DNA of 64,000 nucleotides from Coniocarpon cinnabarinum (Eukaryota): NCBI GenBank assembly GCA_051942205.1, contig JAVECO010000062.1, positions 1 to 64,000 of the forward strand, read 5' to 3'. Shown piece by piece: positions 26,667 to 39,576 of this stretch (position 1 is its first letter; each line of letters starts with the position of its first letter). The notes under the pieces were generated by a model. It saw only the letters and a program-made list of their open reading frames with translations, ran no database searches and was not told where the DNA came from. The position numbers and the translations under genes were made by a program.

Positions 26667-27404
26667 ATGGCTTCACCATCTGCTTCCCAACCACAAGCCT
26701 TACCGCAACCCCAACAAGAACAGGCGAACGGCACACCTCCTTCAGTAAACGCGACACTCCCAGGCAACAATCCCGCCTTGCCAGCAACATCCGTCAACGA
26801 TACAGGCTCAGGTCCACGTCCTCGCGATGCGCGCACCATCCATCTGATCCTCTCACAGCTTGGCGTTTCCGCATACCAAGAGCGAGTACCCTTGCAACTT
26901 CTCGACTTCGCGTACAGATACACAGCTGGCATCCTTGGCGATGCCCAACATCTGGCAGCAGAGGGGTACAACCAACCCTCAGGTGGAAGCTCAAATACGA
27001 AAGGTGGAAATTCTGACGAGGTAGGACTGGCTGCAGTCCGCATGGCTGCAGCGGCGCGTCAAGTGAATCAATTTACGGGTGGTAAAGAGACAAAAGAGCA
27101 GCTTTTAGAGCGTGCCGCGGAGATCAACAAAGTGCGACTGCCGCGTGTAGAGCAGCAAGGACCGAGATTTGGAGTGCGTCTGCCGCATGAGCGATTCTTG
27201 TTGACCGGAAAGAGTTGGGATTTGAATGCCCAGTGGGAGCTGGAAGACGCGGATGATGGTGAGGAGGACACACAAATTCACACGAATGCCATCGCCCCCA
27301 ATGGTGACGCAGAAATGGGAGAGGACAATGAAGATGATAAGGAGGCTCTCCAAGATTTCGTGGGCGGAAATGACGACGATGATGCAACTATGGAGGATGG
27401 CTAG
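26667..27404 (+). CDS. TAF9: TFIID/SAGA subunit Taf9
   Basis: Histone fold PRDARTIHLILSQLGVSAYQERVPLQLLDFAYRYT, followed by INKVRLP...GVRLPHERFLLT. Confidence 0.92.
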   Translation: MASPSASQPQALPQPQQEQANGTPPSVNATLPGNNPALPATSVNDTGSGPRPRDARTIHLILSQLGVSAYQERVPLQLLDFAYRYTAGILGDAQHLAAEGYNQPSGGSSNTKGGNSDEVGLAAVRMAAAARQVNQFTGGKETKEQLLERAAEINKVRLPRVEQQGPRFGVRLPHERFLLTGKSWDLNAQWELEDADDGEEDTQIHTNAIAPNGDAEMGEDNEDDKEALQDFVGGNDDDDATMEDG

Positions 27405-28754
27405 CATCTGGATCTTTAAGAGGATCAGTGGCTGCGAAAAAGCTGTAGGGCTCGTTAACAACGGACGAAAATGCGCACCTCGATGCACCGAATTCTCCGA
27501 GCGTGAAGGGTTAAGGCGACAAATTTACCAGGAGGTTGTTTTGCGCGTCGATGGAGCAATGACTTTTAGGTCAATCATATCCGGCGGATGATCGACATGA
27601 GGGACACCGTTCAGATTCGCCTGCAGGGACGGGCTCGCCACATGGCAGCAGCACATGTCTACATGCATCATTCCCGGGCTATTTCCATTCATGAAACATG
27701 CCAGTGTCATCTTCGGCCAATCAACGGTAACACTTGGGCGCAAGGCACGTGCAAGTCAGTTCGTGCGAAAAAAGCCAAGTGCAAACCTACAAGGGGATTA
27801 AGAACCTTCCTTCCTGCATATACCAGGGAGCGTCGCGTAGCACAGTTGCTCAGAGTGGATTGAAGAGAGGTTCAGAGCACGTGAGGGTCTGCAAGTACGC
27901 TGCATTATGCGTCATCTTGATGTGCGAATGACAGGAATCATGTTCACCCGTCAGTCGTCATTGCTGAACACGAAGCACAGCTTCACAGCCGCTTCGACTT
28001 TGCTTGCGTTGTACGCTGAAGTACACGGGATCGTAAAGCAAGTCACAAGACAGACACGTTTCAGGACATCCGTTGAGAAAGATCGATTGCCAATGATTGC
28101 TTGCTCCATCGCGGACCGCGAAGGTTAGCGTAGATCACAACTCAGCGCATAAGTATTCGTTGCCTGAGATGAGCACGAGCTCACAGGTAGAAATCTCCCG
28201 TGTTATCTGAATCTTCTAACGAGCAACTCCAAAATCGTCTCTAGATTCAACTCAACTATTTTCTCGAGTGTAGACTTTGAATTACCCTTCTACCTGTTAT
28301 TTAATTTCTTTAGTGGAGGCTTGTTGCTGAGGATATTTCGAGTTTGGTCAAAGGTGTCTTGGCTAGATGCAGTTATCCGGATGAGAGGCTGGATTCGGTC
28401 CCACGAGCTGAAAAATTGGAGCACCTTACACAGAAACGTTGTCACACAAGAACGAAAGACGGGTCGTGAACAATGAAATTTCTACCGATCATTTCCTGTG
28501 AGAGTGCACTCTCACGTAATCATTGCCTTGGAAAGCAGTCCTCATGCACAGCGGCACGGAGGCTGGCGGCCAGTGCCGATTGCAGGCAACATTGTACGAC
28601 TGTAGCACGCTCGTGGACGTCGAGCCCATGCTACATCTTTTCCAGAACTGCTTGAATGCCTGCAGAGAAATGAGTGTTGATGGTGACGACGTCGTTACCA
28701 ACACAGCACTTGACCCAGACTGTGTTTTTATGTTCTGATCTGACTCAATACATC

Positions 28755-29930
28755 ATGGCCCAGGCCAAGCCTTGCTCACCAACCCAGGCAGGGGAAGACG
28801 TTGCGTGGAAGATTTATACGGCCTGTCTGACAACCTGGTTTCCAATGCTATTTGCCATAGTGGCCCGCACAGCCATCAGGTTCAAGCATCATACCAGATT
28901 CGGAGTGGACGACTACTTGATGAATTTCGCGCTCGTACGGCAGTTCGATCAAGATCTTGCAGTTCCGCGCTGAAAACCTGCAGATTCCGGTGTCGCTTGG
29001 CTCTTTCTTTCAACTCATATCTGTTCACTATGGTCTTGGAAGGCACGCCGTGTGCCTCTCGAAGCATTCGCTCGAAAATGCTATCAAGTATTTAAAACTC
29101 AGTGAAGGGCAACACACGGTCAGCGTGTGGATTGTGAAGCTGTCCATCTGTTTCTTTCTCCTCCGACTCATCGAGGGTACACATCGAGCAGCACGAAACA
29201 TCATCTGGATCGCCATGATTATCAATACGCTTTTGAACATAGTCGCCTTGACCTTTTGGGGATGCTCTAAAGTCCCAATGGATGCTTGGTGGAAAGCAGA
29301 TGTCAAACCTACAATCTACTTGGGAACTGCTTCTATCGTCTGTGAACGTATCGCCTTTAGTAAGTTTAGTCTCCGATTCCCCAGAGCCCAACGTCACTAG
29401 CTAAAATTATCAGTTGGGAATGTTGTTATAGACTTCACTTGCGCCTTGAGTCCCATCTACTTCTTATGGGACGTGAAAATACAGCGAGCGAGGAAGTTTA
29501 CTCTGTGGGGACTCCTTCTTTTAGCGATCCTGTGAGTCTCTTGATATTGTGGCTATGAGTTTCTAAAGGCCTTTTGCGCTAATTGTTCAGGCCTTCAGTT
29601 GCGGGCGTAATGAAGGTAGTCTACCTGTATCAGGCCATTGACGAGACCGATCCCACATCAGTACCCGTGCCGATGAACATTGTGGCTGTCATTGAACAAA
29701 ACGTTGGGACCTTTGTCGCAAATTTGCCGTGTATCAAGATCCTTCTGGAGCATGCCCTCAGCTTTATCCTAAAACTTTACAAGAGTTGTCTGCATCGAGT
29801 ATCGGTGACCCTAGGAGGAAGCGCAAGAATGCAACACGGTCGCGGAGAGACATATCACAACATGGACGCCATGAGTGATACGATACCTCTTGGGAATATT
29901 GGCAAAGCCTCAAATTACGATGAGGTTTGA
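28755..29930 (+). CDS. Fungal rhodopsin-domain (PTH11-like, no CFEM) integral membrane protein, 4 exons
   Basis: RFGVDDYLM, YGLGRH, VKLSICFFLLRL, IDFTCALSPIYFLWDVK and IEQNVGTFVANLP. GT-AG introns near 28935, 29359 and 29532. Confidence 0.82.
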
Positions 29931-30638
29931 CTCCAGATCTTTGGAACCACGCAGAAACCTACAGCTGGTGCGTGGCATGATGCAGAGGTTGCAGAAGTTC
30001 AAGGAGGAGGAGGAAGAGTAACACCAGTGTGAGTGCTCGGCACAGGATTGCACACTGCTTGAACGACGTTTGCAAGTCTTTCCGGGGCAGCTTGGTGATT
30101 GCGACCGTCCAAAAATCCCTTTGCTCGTAGTGTTGCGGCGCCTCCGGTATGTCATTGAGCTTACACGCGAGACTACATAAATGCACGTCATAACATATGC
30201 AGCACAGCCACGACATTTTCAATCTCGGCAACAGCATGTGCTAGTGATCAGAGGATCTTGGTGCCAGGACACTGGTCAACACGAGCGAGAAGGACATTGA
30301 CGCTCATTGCACGCCAACTTGTGGACTTGATCCATTCCCCACACCGCCAAGGGCGGGAAGCTCCACCGCGTTGGGGGCGGAAACCGCGTGGATGCCAAGA
30401 CCAGCGAGGCTAGCGATGCAACTGGAAGTTTCAAGACCAGATGTGGCAAATCCGGTGTGACGGAGATAGCGACAAAGGAACGGGGTCCGAAGCGTTTCTT
30501 GGTCGTTGGATGGATGCTGAACTTCACCGCTGCTGCTGTTCCATCCTTCTGCGTCTCTTCCGCCAGACGACATTCATGTTCGCCAACTCCAGCTGCAGGA
30601 GCTCATCCAAGCAACTGTCGCCGCGTTAACAATCGCAA

Positions 30639-32192
30639 ATGGATTCCCTACCAACCGAAATCCTGCGAACTATAGCTTCTTTCACACCCGCTGAGAGCGT
30701 GCTTCAGTTGTGTGCTGTCAATCACAAGCTTCGAGATATCTGTCACGACCCGTTGGTCTTTCGCTCTTGCATTGAGCAAAATGCCTCAATCGGGCATGAT
30801 GCCATCATGAACTCGGGGGAGAGGTCCAGAACCAAGACCCGGACTTTGGATGTGGAAGCTCTGAGCGGCGCCGTCGGCGAGAACCTTCAAGCGTGGGCCC
30901 GACTGGCGGTGGCCGATTCTTTCGCCTCACAATGGATGAGGAAGTACGCCGGCGATCAAAGCCAAAGCGAACCAGCTTCCATTAGTAGGAAGACAACGAG
31001 CTTGTTTGTGCCACACCTTCTCGTCATTGGACGTATGTATCGTTCTGTGCTCCGTCTATTTCGGGGGCTCTGTTTGAATAACATCTTGCAGACCCGCGCT
31101 TGTATCAGCAGGTTGTCCAAAAAGTCAATGAACTTTTGCAGAGCCAACAAGTGAGCGAAACGGACGCGAATCCGCACGCATCATTCCATAATCCTCGCCG
31201 GCCTGTTACCCGACGAGCAAGTCTCGAAAATGCTCATCGGCTACTGGCAAACGGCTCGGAGGACTCAGCGTCTGCATTTTGGCACTGCGTCAGTTCCCTC
31301 AGTGGTAAGTCAGATGCGCCCATAATATGCAGCAATTTTGATAAAGTTAACACATCATCAAGACATGCGCAACAACCGCCGTGATGCTTCGAAGCAGATG
31401 AACTATTCTTTCGTGAGCCGCTGTCAGGAGTCTAAACCAACCAAGGTAGACCTTGCCAGCACCATGTCATCTCTTGCTACATGGTCGTGGCTGCTGGCTG
31501 ATTATCTCGAATCTCATCCCATGGATCCAAATTTCGAACAGCCGTCCAACGGCCGTGCCGCACGTCTTGTGCCGCGCCTTGAGGATCTTCCGTGGCATGC
31601 AAACCTCGAAAAAGGCGAAAAGATTCCTTTGCCATTCATGTCAGGGCAAGACTTCAACCTCAAGGTTGATTCCAAGTATCGGCTTGTCTGCTGGGAAGAC
31701 TGGCTCCAGCATCTTGTCTTGAAAATGAGTGAAACGAAGTACATCGAGCAAAGCTCATGGTGTGGTTACTGGTCCTTTGAGCGGCATTTGCGCTCTAATG
31801 AAGTACCATCAATCGAATTCGCAGACGCTGTAGAGGGCCTCAACGTTCGTGTCATGGGTGACGTTGACCATCCTGTGCCGGGCTCTCGTCGCCTCGTCGG
31901 AACTTACACCGAGCATCCAATCGACTTCCATCTTGAAGGTTACATCACACCTCAGGGCAAGCTCAAACTTGGTCCACCAGGCGAATTTTGGGCGTGGATG
32001 GGCTGGATGACCCCATTCGGGATGTTTGGGTATTGGGGTAGTGCTGAGGGTGATCAGGCCGCTGGAGCATGCTGGTTGTGGCAGAGGAGCTGGACAGAGG
32101 ACTCGAACGGGAAGAGAGGCGCTCGTGGTAATTTCGACCTCACGGACGAGTCAGATGCTGCTCCTCCAGCACTTGACGAGGATAGCGACTGA
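30639..32192 (+). CDS. F-box domain protein, 3 exons
   Basis: N-terminal F-box MDSLPTEILRTIASF..VLQLCAVNHKLRDI. Introns near 31032-31091 and 31305-31362. Trp/Gly-rich C-terminal domain (GWMTPFGMFGYWG). Confidence 0.78.
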
Positions 32193-32448
32193 TCGCGCGA
32201 GTACGAGGTATGCTTCCTAGCCATCTCGTTCATTTGTTCTCGTATTGCATTCCTGTTTCTTTCTAGGCTTTGATTTGATTTGCCCGTCTACATCTTGTGC
32301 TGACTTCTACAGGGTTATGAAGACTGTATTTGTACGAATTTGGATGTTGGCACTTCCAAACGACTGCCAGTGTATCATAATGAGTCAACAATAGCGTAAT
32401 GTAAGGCTATGAAGGATCAAGCGCCGCTCAAGAAGATTCATCCCACCT

Positions 32449-33409
32449 TCACATTTTACTTGGCATCCTAACAGCAGCATCGAGCCGAATGGTGTCTGCG
32501 TTCAACATTGGATTCTCCACCACCTGACGCGCGAGCATTGCAAATTCCTGAGGCGTGCCCATCCTCTTTGGCCATTCCATGACACCCTCTAGGCTCTTGC
32601 GTACTTTATCGCTCATTGCGGCTGTCATGCTTGAAGCAAAGACGCCAGGCGCAATGGCAACAGCACGAATGCCAAACGGGGCTAAATCTCGAGCGAGTGG
32701 CAGTACCAAGCTGCGAATGGCGCCCTTTGACGCGCTGTATGCCAGCTGTCCAGGCTGTCCATCGTAGGCAGCTACCGACGACACAAGAATGAGAACGCCC
32801 CGCTCGCCATCCGGAGAGGTAGGCTTGTTTTGTGCCATGGACGGTAGTAGCTGACGGACGAGATCCACAGATCCATGCAGATTGATTTTTACGACGCGGT
32901 CGAAGTTGTCGAGATTGAGGGGATTTAGTTCTCTGTCGAGGACCTACAACAAGCGCTTGTCAGCTGTAAAGCGCTCCCGGCACCGGCAAAATCGCTTCTG
33001 AGATGAGTGGCGGCGTCTTCTATCTGAAAAATTTTCAGGTCGCTGGCCTACCTTTCCAGGAAAACCCACGCCTGCAGCTGCGACCACGCCGCCTATTTCC
33101 TTTCCGGTGCCCTTGATCCACTCCAGGACACCAGCCACTGCTCTCGTCATGCTTCCCGAGTCACTGACGTCGCATTCCCAGAACTTGGCCCGCGCATCGC
33201 CGCCAAGCTCCTTGAGCGTCTCCGCTCCATTGTCTTCGTTCAGATCCAGTATCGCGACGTATGCGCCCCGACTGTGTAGATCTGCAACTGTTGCTCGCCC
33301 CAAGCCCGAAGCTCTGCAGGAGTTTGTGATCAGTGTTGGTCCATGTCTCTAGCATATCCGATGAGTCTCACCCCCCAGATATCACGTATGTACGATCTTG
33401 GATTATCAT
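32449..33409 (-). CDS. SDR, 3-hydroxyacyl-CoA dehydrogenase type-2 (HSD10-like), 3 exons
   Basis: ISGG|ASGLG Rossmann motif split by an intron, ERGVLILVSS, catalytic YSASK and ENPMLNADTIRLDAAVRM. Confidence 0.9.
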
Positions 33410-33611
33410 TGTGATGTACGTGAATACTTAGTCTGTCTGTAATGAAGATAGGCTGGAATCTCGTCATACGCCTCTTATAAGCATACCCGGGCGTCAGCAA
33501 AACGAAACATCTCCAATTGGCTGTCTTGCAGATCGCCTCGGCTCGTGTGCAAGCTCACGTGCTGAATAGAGCTTATGATCTTATCTCCACATCTCCGACG
33601 CCAAGATTCCC

Positions 33612-34946
33612 ATGGAAGATGTACCTGAGCTTTTGAACATCAGCTAAAAGCCAGTCTATTCGTCTGCACTTCCATTCATTCATTACGCTGCGACACCCTT
33701 CCTCGTCGAACCGACGCACAAAGTCTGTTTCTATGCACTTTGTTTTTGAATACTTCAGACCTCTTACTAAAGGATTGAGAAGAGTTCCTATCACAACGTT
33801 ATCTTGACTACGACGACTTTGTCTTCCCACGGTGCTATCAACGTGGCTCCTAAAGACTCGGCCAGTGCGCCCAACGACCTCAATTCCGCAATCAAGTCCC
33901 AAAAGGATCACCTGACTGCTTCCGATATCGAAAGACTAAGACAGATTGTCTCGCGGGCCGATCGCCAGAACAAGCTCGAGGCAGAGACTCGGGCGGCGTA
34001 CGAGAAACATTGCTAGGAGCGCTCACAGCCTACCAACACCGGCTTGCCCAATAGCTCGTCGTCTCTTTCTGACCTCGAAAAACTACGGGAGATTTGGCTG
34101 TGTGAGGAGCGACGGCGTCATCATAACACCGCAAGCGTAGCCGTACATCCTCGTCCTAGTAACCTTCCCCTCAGACGTGTCATCGACCCTCGACAACAGC
34201 AACTAGCGCAACCTATACCAGCTCAACCAGACCTCAACGGATTCCCTATACCCACTGCGGCCAACCCAATACCACCAGCACCGCCCCCCTTCGCTCCTCA
34301 GCCCACAGGCTTGCAAAACCTCCCCGAATTCAGCGTCCTCCCTCGCTACGAAGAAGCAACCTACAATTTCGCGACAGATCCCCACCCCTGGATCCGTCGT
34401 CCATATACCTGGGACCTCGCCTTTCCAGGCTTTAGCACCCTCCCCACCGGCGGCGCCAGCGAAGACGACATCGACCTCATCCAACAATACATTTACGACC
34501 GCTCCCCCCACATCGACCGCACTGCGCGAGACGTCCTCAAAGAGCGCGTCTCGCCGCTAGAGCCTGAATCCTTCCTCGACAAGGGCATCCGGCGCCGGAA
34601 CTGCCGAACCGGCAACTGCGTCAAGTACGCGGATCGGCATTCCCATTTGCAGCACTTTCTGCGCGCGCGCACCCGACTGCAGGAGTACCTCAGAGATTCC
34701 CTCCCGCAATTCCGCTCTCATCGCTTTGGCGGGCTCAGGAGGTTTTTCGCGACAGCCCGTGTGACTGTGCCAGATCCCGCGTCGTTTTATGGCGACCTGC
34801 TCCCCGACCTCGGCGAACAGTACCTCTTCGATCCCGAGTCCTTCAACCCGGAAGCCTTCTACGCCGCCCGCTTCGATTACGATGACGGACCCTACGCGCG
34901 ACGGTACCGCTCGCACTTCGCCCCCCCCCGAGAGTTCGGAGCCTGA
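33612..34946 (+). CDS. Hypothetical protein with Pro-rich middle, probably 3 exons; overlaps CMC1
   Basis: Intron 33998-34054 (GTACGA...AATAG) joins the ORFs at 33804 and 34044 in frame. A micro-exon ATGGAAGAT at 33612 is inferred. C-ending codon bias continues to the stop. Confidence 0.55.
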
Positions 34947-35313
34947 AAGTTATAGAGTCCGGGCTGCGCGGCCCGTGCCGTTGACGGCGGGGCAGGAGGC
35001 CGAGGTGCGAGAAGTGTACTACGCGAATGTGCGCGCGAAGTGCGCGGATCAGATTCGCGACTTTGCGCAGTGCGCTACTGGTCGTACTCTGAGTATTACA
35101 TGGGTGTGTCGCGAGCAGAGGAAGGCGATGGAGAGTTGTATGGTGGGGTACGCGACGCGGGACGAGGAGGACAGAGCGCGAGAGGAGTGGTTCGCGAAGT
35201 TGGGAGAGAGACGACGAAAAAAAGAGGAGGAAGAGCGGTGGAAGGAGGGGCAAAGACAGAAGAAGAGGGAGTGGTGGGCGGAGTATGAAAGGGAGAGGGG
35301 GAGAGGTGGGTAG
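34882..35313 (+). CDS. CMC1: Twin CX9C cytochrome c oxidase assembly factor Cmc1-like (alternative ATG at 34789)
   Basis: PVPLTAGQEAEVREVYY..VRAKC-x9-C..TWVC-x9-C..EEDRAREEWF. Confidence 0.85.
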   Translation: MTDPTRDGTARTSPPPESSEPESYRVRAARPVPLTAGQEAEVREVYYANVRAKCADQIRDFAQCATGRTLSITWVCREQRKAMESCMVGYATRDEEDRAREEWFAKLGERRRKKEEEERWKEGQRQKKREWWAEYERERGRGG

Positions 35314-35965
35314 GATTGTGTTTATAGTCATGAATTTGATGATCCTAGATTTGCTTTATCGTGGCTTTGCGCTCCCACAGCCTCCGCATCTTTTTCTTAA
35401 AAGCTTATAATACTACTGAGTCCCCGGCGAAAAGTTTAGAAAGACACGATAGTTTCATTCGAAAAGCGCGATCCGCTCTTAGATAACTAAGTTGTGATAC
35501 AGCACAGGGCTACCGAAAAATTCTTTAATATATATTTACGCATTGCCGGCGTCTTGATCAGATTGAAAGACCCATTACAAGTAATAAGAAGGCTATGTTG
35601 CAGAAATTCCAGATTTCAGCAACACACACCACACTTCGAATGTGCGGAACAAGCGCTCAGTTCACCAGGTAGCAAAGCAGGTCTTCAATAACTCTCTGAA
35701 GTAACGACTCTCTGCGCCGGTGCGACTGGCGCATTTGTTCATCATGCTTGAATTTTGCTGTAGCGGTTGTTCGATTAGCCGTGCGCCGCGCACACGTCAC
35801 TGTAACATGCTTTGCGGATCCTTTCGCTTAGGACCTGTTGCAAATGGGTACGCGCCGGCTTTGAAGCAAGATTGCCAGAACTCTGAAGTGAGTGCGGTTT
35901 TGTGCTGTTGTCGCGGCGTTTTGGGGGAATGCCTTTAATGTTCGCGTCCATAATGCGCTAGCTTT

Positions 35966-37341
35966 TCAAGCTACTTGTCTCGCGTGAGTTTTTGAAAGCG
36001 CTTGCCTTGCTCTTAGCGAGTCGATATTAATGCCGAGCTTTTCAAGTCGGTCATATGTTGGCGTCCACCGAGCTAGCTGTGACAACCATTGTATGTAAAA
36101 ATGATCGGCTCTAGGGCTCTGTACATCTTCCGGATACGGTGGAGTGAAGCGAGATTTCTCCCAGGCTGTGTGCGATTTGCGCATAGAGTCAGGAAGACGG
36201 CCATGGCTCACAAGTGTTCTCATTTGCTGTTGGTGGCGCGACATTCGTATTGTCGAGTACCCGTTCCTTTCTGCATCGTTCATGCTGCGTATATATCGAG
36301 AAAGATATAGATAAACGGTTTTGGCTACTCTCTCGCTTGTCTCTTGCTGACTCTTAACGCCTTGTAGAATATTTTGCGTTTGTTGACGAGCTGATTGCTC
36401 GCTTAATCTGTCATATTCTATTAAGTGATCGAACACAGGTACAGATACGTTGTCTGGCCCCGAGTCAAGTGACGCGCCCCCTTTTTGGCGAGCTCCGACT
36501 GCGTTGAGCATGTCGACCGCCGTCAAACCAAGTTGAGGCGTACGCCCTGCAAGCAGCACAGTTCTTGTTTCACTCCATGGCCAGACTCTCCGCCTCCTTT
36601 GTAGCCTGACAAAGTCTTCTACATCTTCCCACAATGAATGCGTTTCACGGTACAGCTCAAAATCATCCAACGGCGTATTCACGACATGCTCAAACTTTTT
36701 GCGGTGCTCCGAGAGTCGAATTTAAACACCTTGTGCCTCATCAGCAGGCTTCCGACTGAGTAGTGGAGCCGATGCCTCAACCCACTTGTCCCAAGCCTGT
36801 TCCAGTAATAGATGAGCCATTTGTGGTGCGTTGAGGTTCAAGATTTCCAGACCTGTACTCACCAACAATGGCGCCTGCCTTGAAAGCTTGCCAGCATGTG
36901 CTTGTTGGTTCTCAGAGCTGTGAATTTGTTCACCCGCCAGGTTTTTTGCTTGAGCGCTGTGTTAAGCGGATTCGACCTCTAATCTTCATACATGCGCATC
37001 TTACCTTGCCGAAAAAATTTACCCCAATCTCGCTGCTCTTCATGATGAACTGATTCAGGAATACATTCGAAAAGAGCTATCTGCATTTGGGTGAAAAGGC
37101 CAGGGGTCTTCTGTTTGACGAGGAGTCTTGCCGGATCAACGACCAGGACAAGGCGCAGCTGATGTTGTCGCACTTCTTCAGGAGTCGCAGACCTTGCCCT
37201 TAGCTCTCCGATGCTTCTAGAAAGCCGGTCCTTGCGCGCTCTATTTCTCGAGGAAGAAAACCTGGCGACCTGACCAAGCCGAACGACGGCATATTCGGAG
37301 GATGGCTGTGCCCATAGCCCGTAGTGAGTGACTCGCCACAT
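35966..37341 (-). pseudogene. Orphan WPW family, copy 1; 3 exons, two in-frame stops
   Basis: Introns 36957-37004 and 36797-36852 placed by homology to copies 2 and 3. In-frame TGA at 36859-36861 and TAA at 36722-36724. Confidence 0.65.
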
Positions 37342-38273
37342 AGTGGACAGGCCTCTGATGTTGGATCCTACATCAAGATTGGGTCCGGATTCCCTAGAAA
37401 ACGCTGGCGTCCTCCGTCCATCTAGGATGGAGGACCCTTGCAGAGTTCAGATAAAGCAAGGGGCTCGCGGGGATTTGGTCACTAAGCTTCCTAGCGCGTC
37501 AAAGGATCCTGAGTGGCTGGGTGCGCTAGCGGCTCGGGCCAGTAGCTTCCGGACGGGAAGATTAGCCGGTTCTGTGGATCGTGCACGATCTTCCCACATT
37601 CCGATCAGTCCTGCCTGCCTGGAGCAAACTGGGTGTGAACGCAGAACCAATCTGGCATGATCTACCTGCTAATAGCCGCTGAAATATACGACGCATGGTC
37701 TCATGCAGGAACGGGCATACTACTGTGCCAGCGTGCACTCGAAAACGGACAACGACTGAATCACCAAGATAAAGTTTCCAAACCTTTGCCGCATGGAGTT
37801 AGACTTTGGACACTTGCATCCCACCTTCATTGATGGAAATACCTAGAATAAAGCACAAGAGCATGTAGAGCGCGGTGTGATCTCGGAAGCGAAGAGCTGG
37901 TTCATTGTTAAGTAAGATTGGCGATGATGCCTCTTCGATAATATTGATGTAGTTTGAGATATGCATAAAATGATGCTTCAGACTTCGCTGCTCAGCGAAG
38001 CTTGAGGTCGTGTTGGTCAGAGCTCCTATTTTCCCTCACGACAGAGTTGCGGAGCCATAGCAGTGCGTCCGATCCTCCTATGTACATAGTCTAGTCGCAA
38101 TCTAGGCTGCAGAGACAGCTCCGCCTTCCACACCACGTATATGCTTTCCACTAAATCAGACGCTTTTATAGCACGAAATCTGCACCTCAAAATCATAGCT
38201 AGCGTCCGCTGTGTATCTTGCGCATTGATACCAACTAATATAATGATATCTTGCCACTCAATGCCAGTTGATA

Positions 38274-39576
38274 TCATTTTAGGTTCAGTGACTCCACTTG
38301 AACTCCTGCCTGTGCGAGTTCACGAATGGTTGGCCGCCACCTGGGAAGTTGCGTGAGCCAGTTGACTGTCATTGTCTTTCCGAGACCAGTTCTCTCGGTT
38401 ATGTAGGGAGTCTTGTGATGTGAGTTGTCGTTTTGTGAGCATGTTTTTGTAATTTTAGTGAATGATCGCCTGACATAGAGCTTTGCGCAATGGCAATGTG
38501 CCTATTGACTTTACATGGTAAATATCCAGCAGCGGCAGCGCCGACAAGAGCCTGATTTTGGTGTGCCATGCAAACCAAGGCATTTCTTTTCAAGCCATGG
38601 ATTGAGTTTCTATCTTCCAACACGTGATCGGTTTGGCCATCTCTTTTACCATCTTCATTATCAGCCAAATAGGACCTGATGTATGACAAGACTGAAGTCG
38701 GATCTTTATCGTACTCAAGAACTTTGTCAAAATGGAAATGGGCGTCTCCGGGACGCTCCAAATCCCTCAATGATATGCCAATTTTTTCCAAACGGTGGAT
38801 GGCGGGCTGTGCTGCCTCACGCCGTTCGCTAATCAAAATGTTTCTGGTGGATGTCCAGGGCCATATTTTCTCGTTGTACATCATTTCTTTGATTTGTTTC
38901 AAGTCATCCCAAGGCTTGTATATCTCTTCAAATGCTTGCTTCGGTTTTGCAAGTGTATATGCAATGTATTCACGAGCGTGTCTCAGGCCCCGTTCTCGTG
39001 CCACCGAATCGTCTGGGTCTCGATCTCTTGAGTCGTTGATATACATCGCAACCCACGCATCAAAGACCTGCAATACAACAAGTCAGGTATTCCTTCAATA
39101 CCCATATAGCCACTGACCTTTAATGGCCAATAATGGTATGCTTTTGTCTCTAAGCCATGCTTAAGGTATGCCTCCCTCATCTCTATCCGAAATTAGCAAC
39201 GCACTCATTGGCCCATTCAGCATCTGGAATGATTACCATGCGCGCACATTTGCCTGAAACGCTCCCCGCCCCTGTTTTGAAAAGATTTCGGTAGGTGCTC
39301 GAAGAGCGATCGCCATACCCTCGCCAACAAAGACACACCAGCTCGCGTCTTTAGAGCCTTGTCATCATGCCACACTAAAACCAGACCTATCTTGTTTCTG
39401 CGGATGTCATCAAAGGACAATTTTGCTTCCCGAAGGTCTCTTCTGGTGGTTTTGTGGTATTCCCGCGCTCGGGACAGGGGCGATGCAACGTGCAACAGGA
39501 GCGATGGACTTGCAAGACGACCTGGCAGCTTCGCATGCTGACAATACCGTAGGTGCATTGTCAACGATATGCGCAT
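38274..39576 (-). pseudogene. Orphan WPW family, copy 2; 3 exons, single frameshift near the C-terminus (may yield a truncated protein ending at 38399)
   Basis: Introns 39183-39236 and 39068-39117 splice in frame. The conserved C-terminal motif (TPY..WLTQLPRWRP) lies in the -1 frame and ends at TGA 38274-38276. Confidence 0.6.

Noticed and set aside
24743..33409. MFS transporter, PTH11-like protein and SDR as a secondary-metabolite cluster
   Set aside because: No PKS, NRPS, terpene or RiPP core gene, and the genes are interspersed with TAF9.
38026..38277. 83-aa ORF whose ATG overlaps the -1-frame stop of copy 2 (ATGA)
   Set aside because: No similarity to the family motifs, and ATGA overlaps arise easily by chance.
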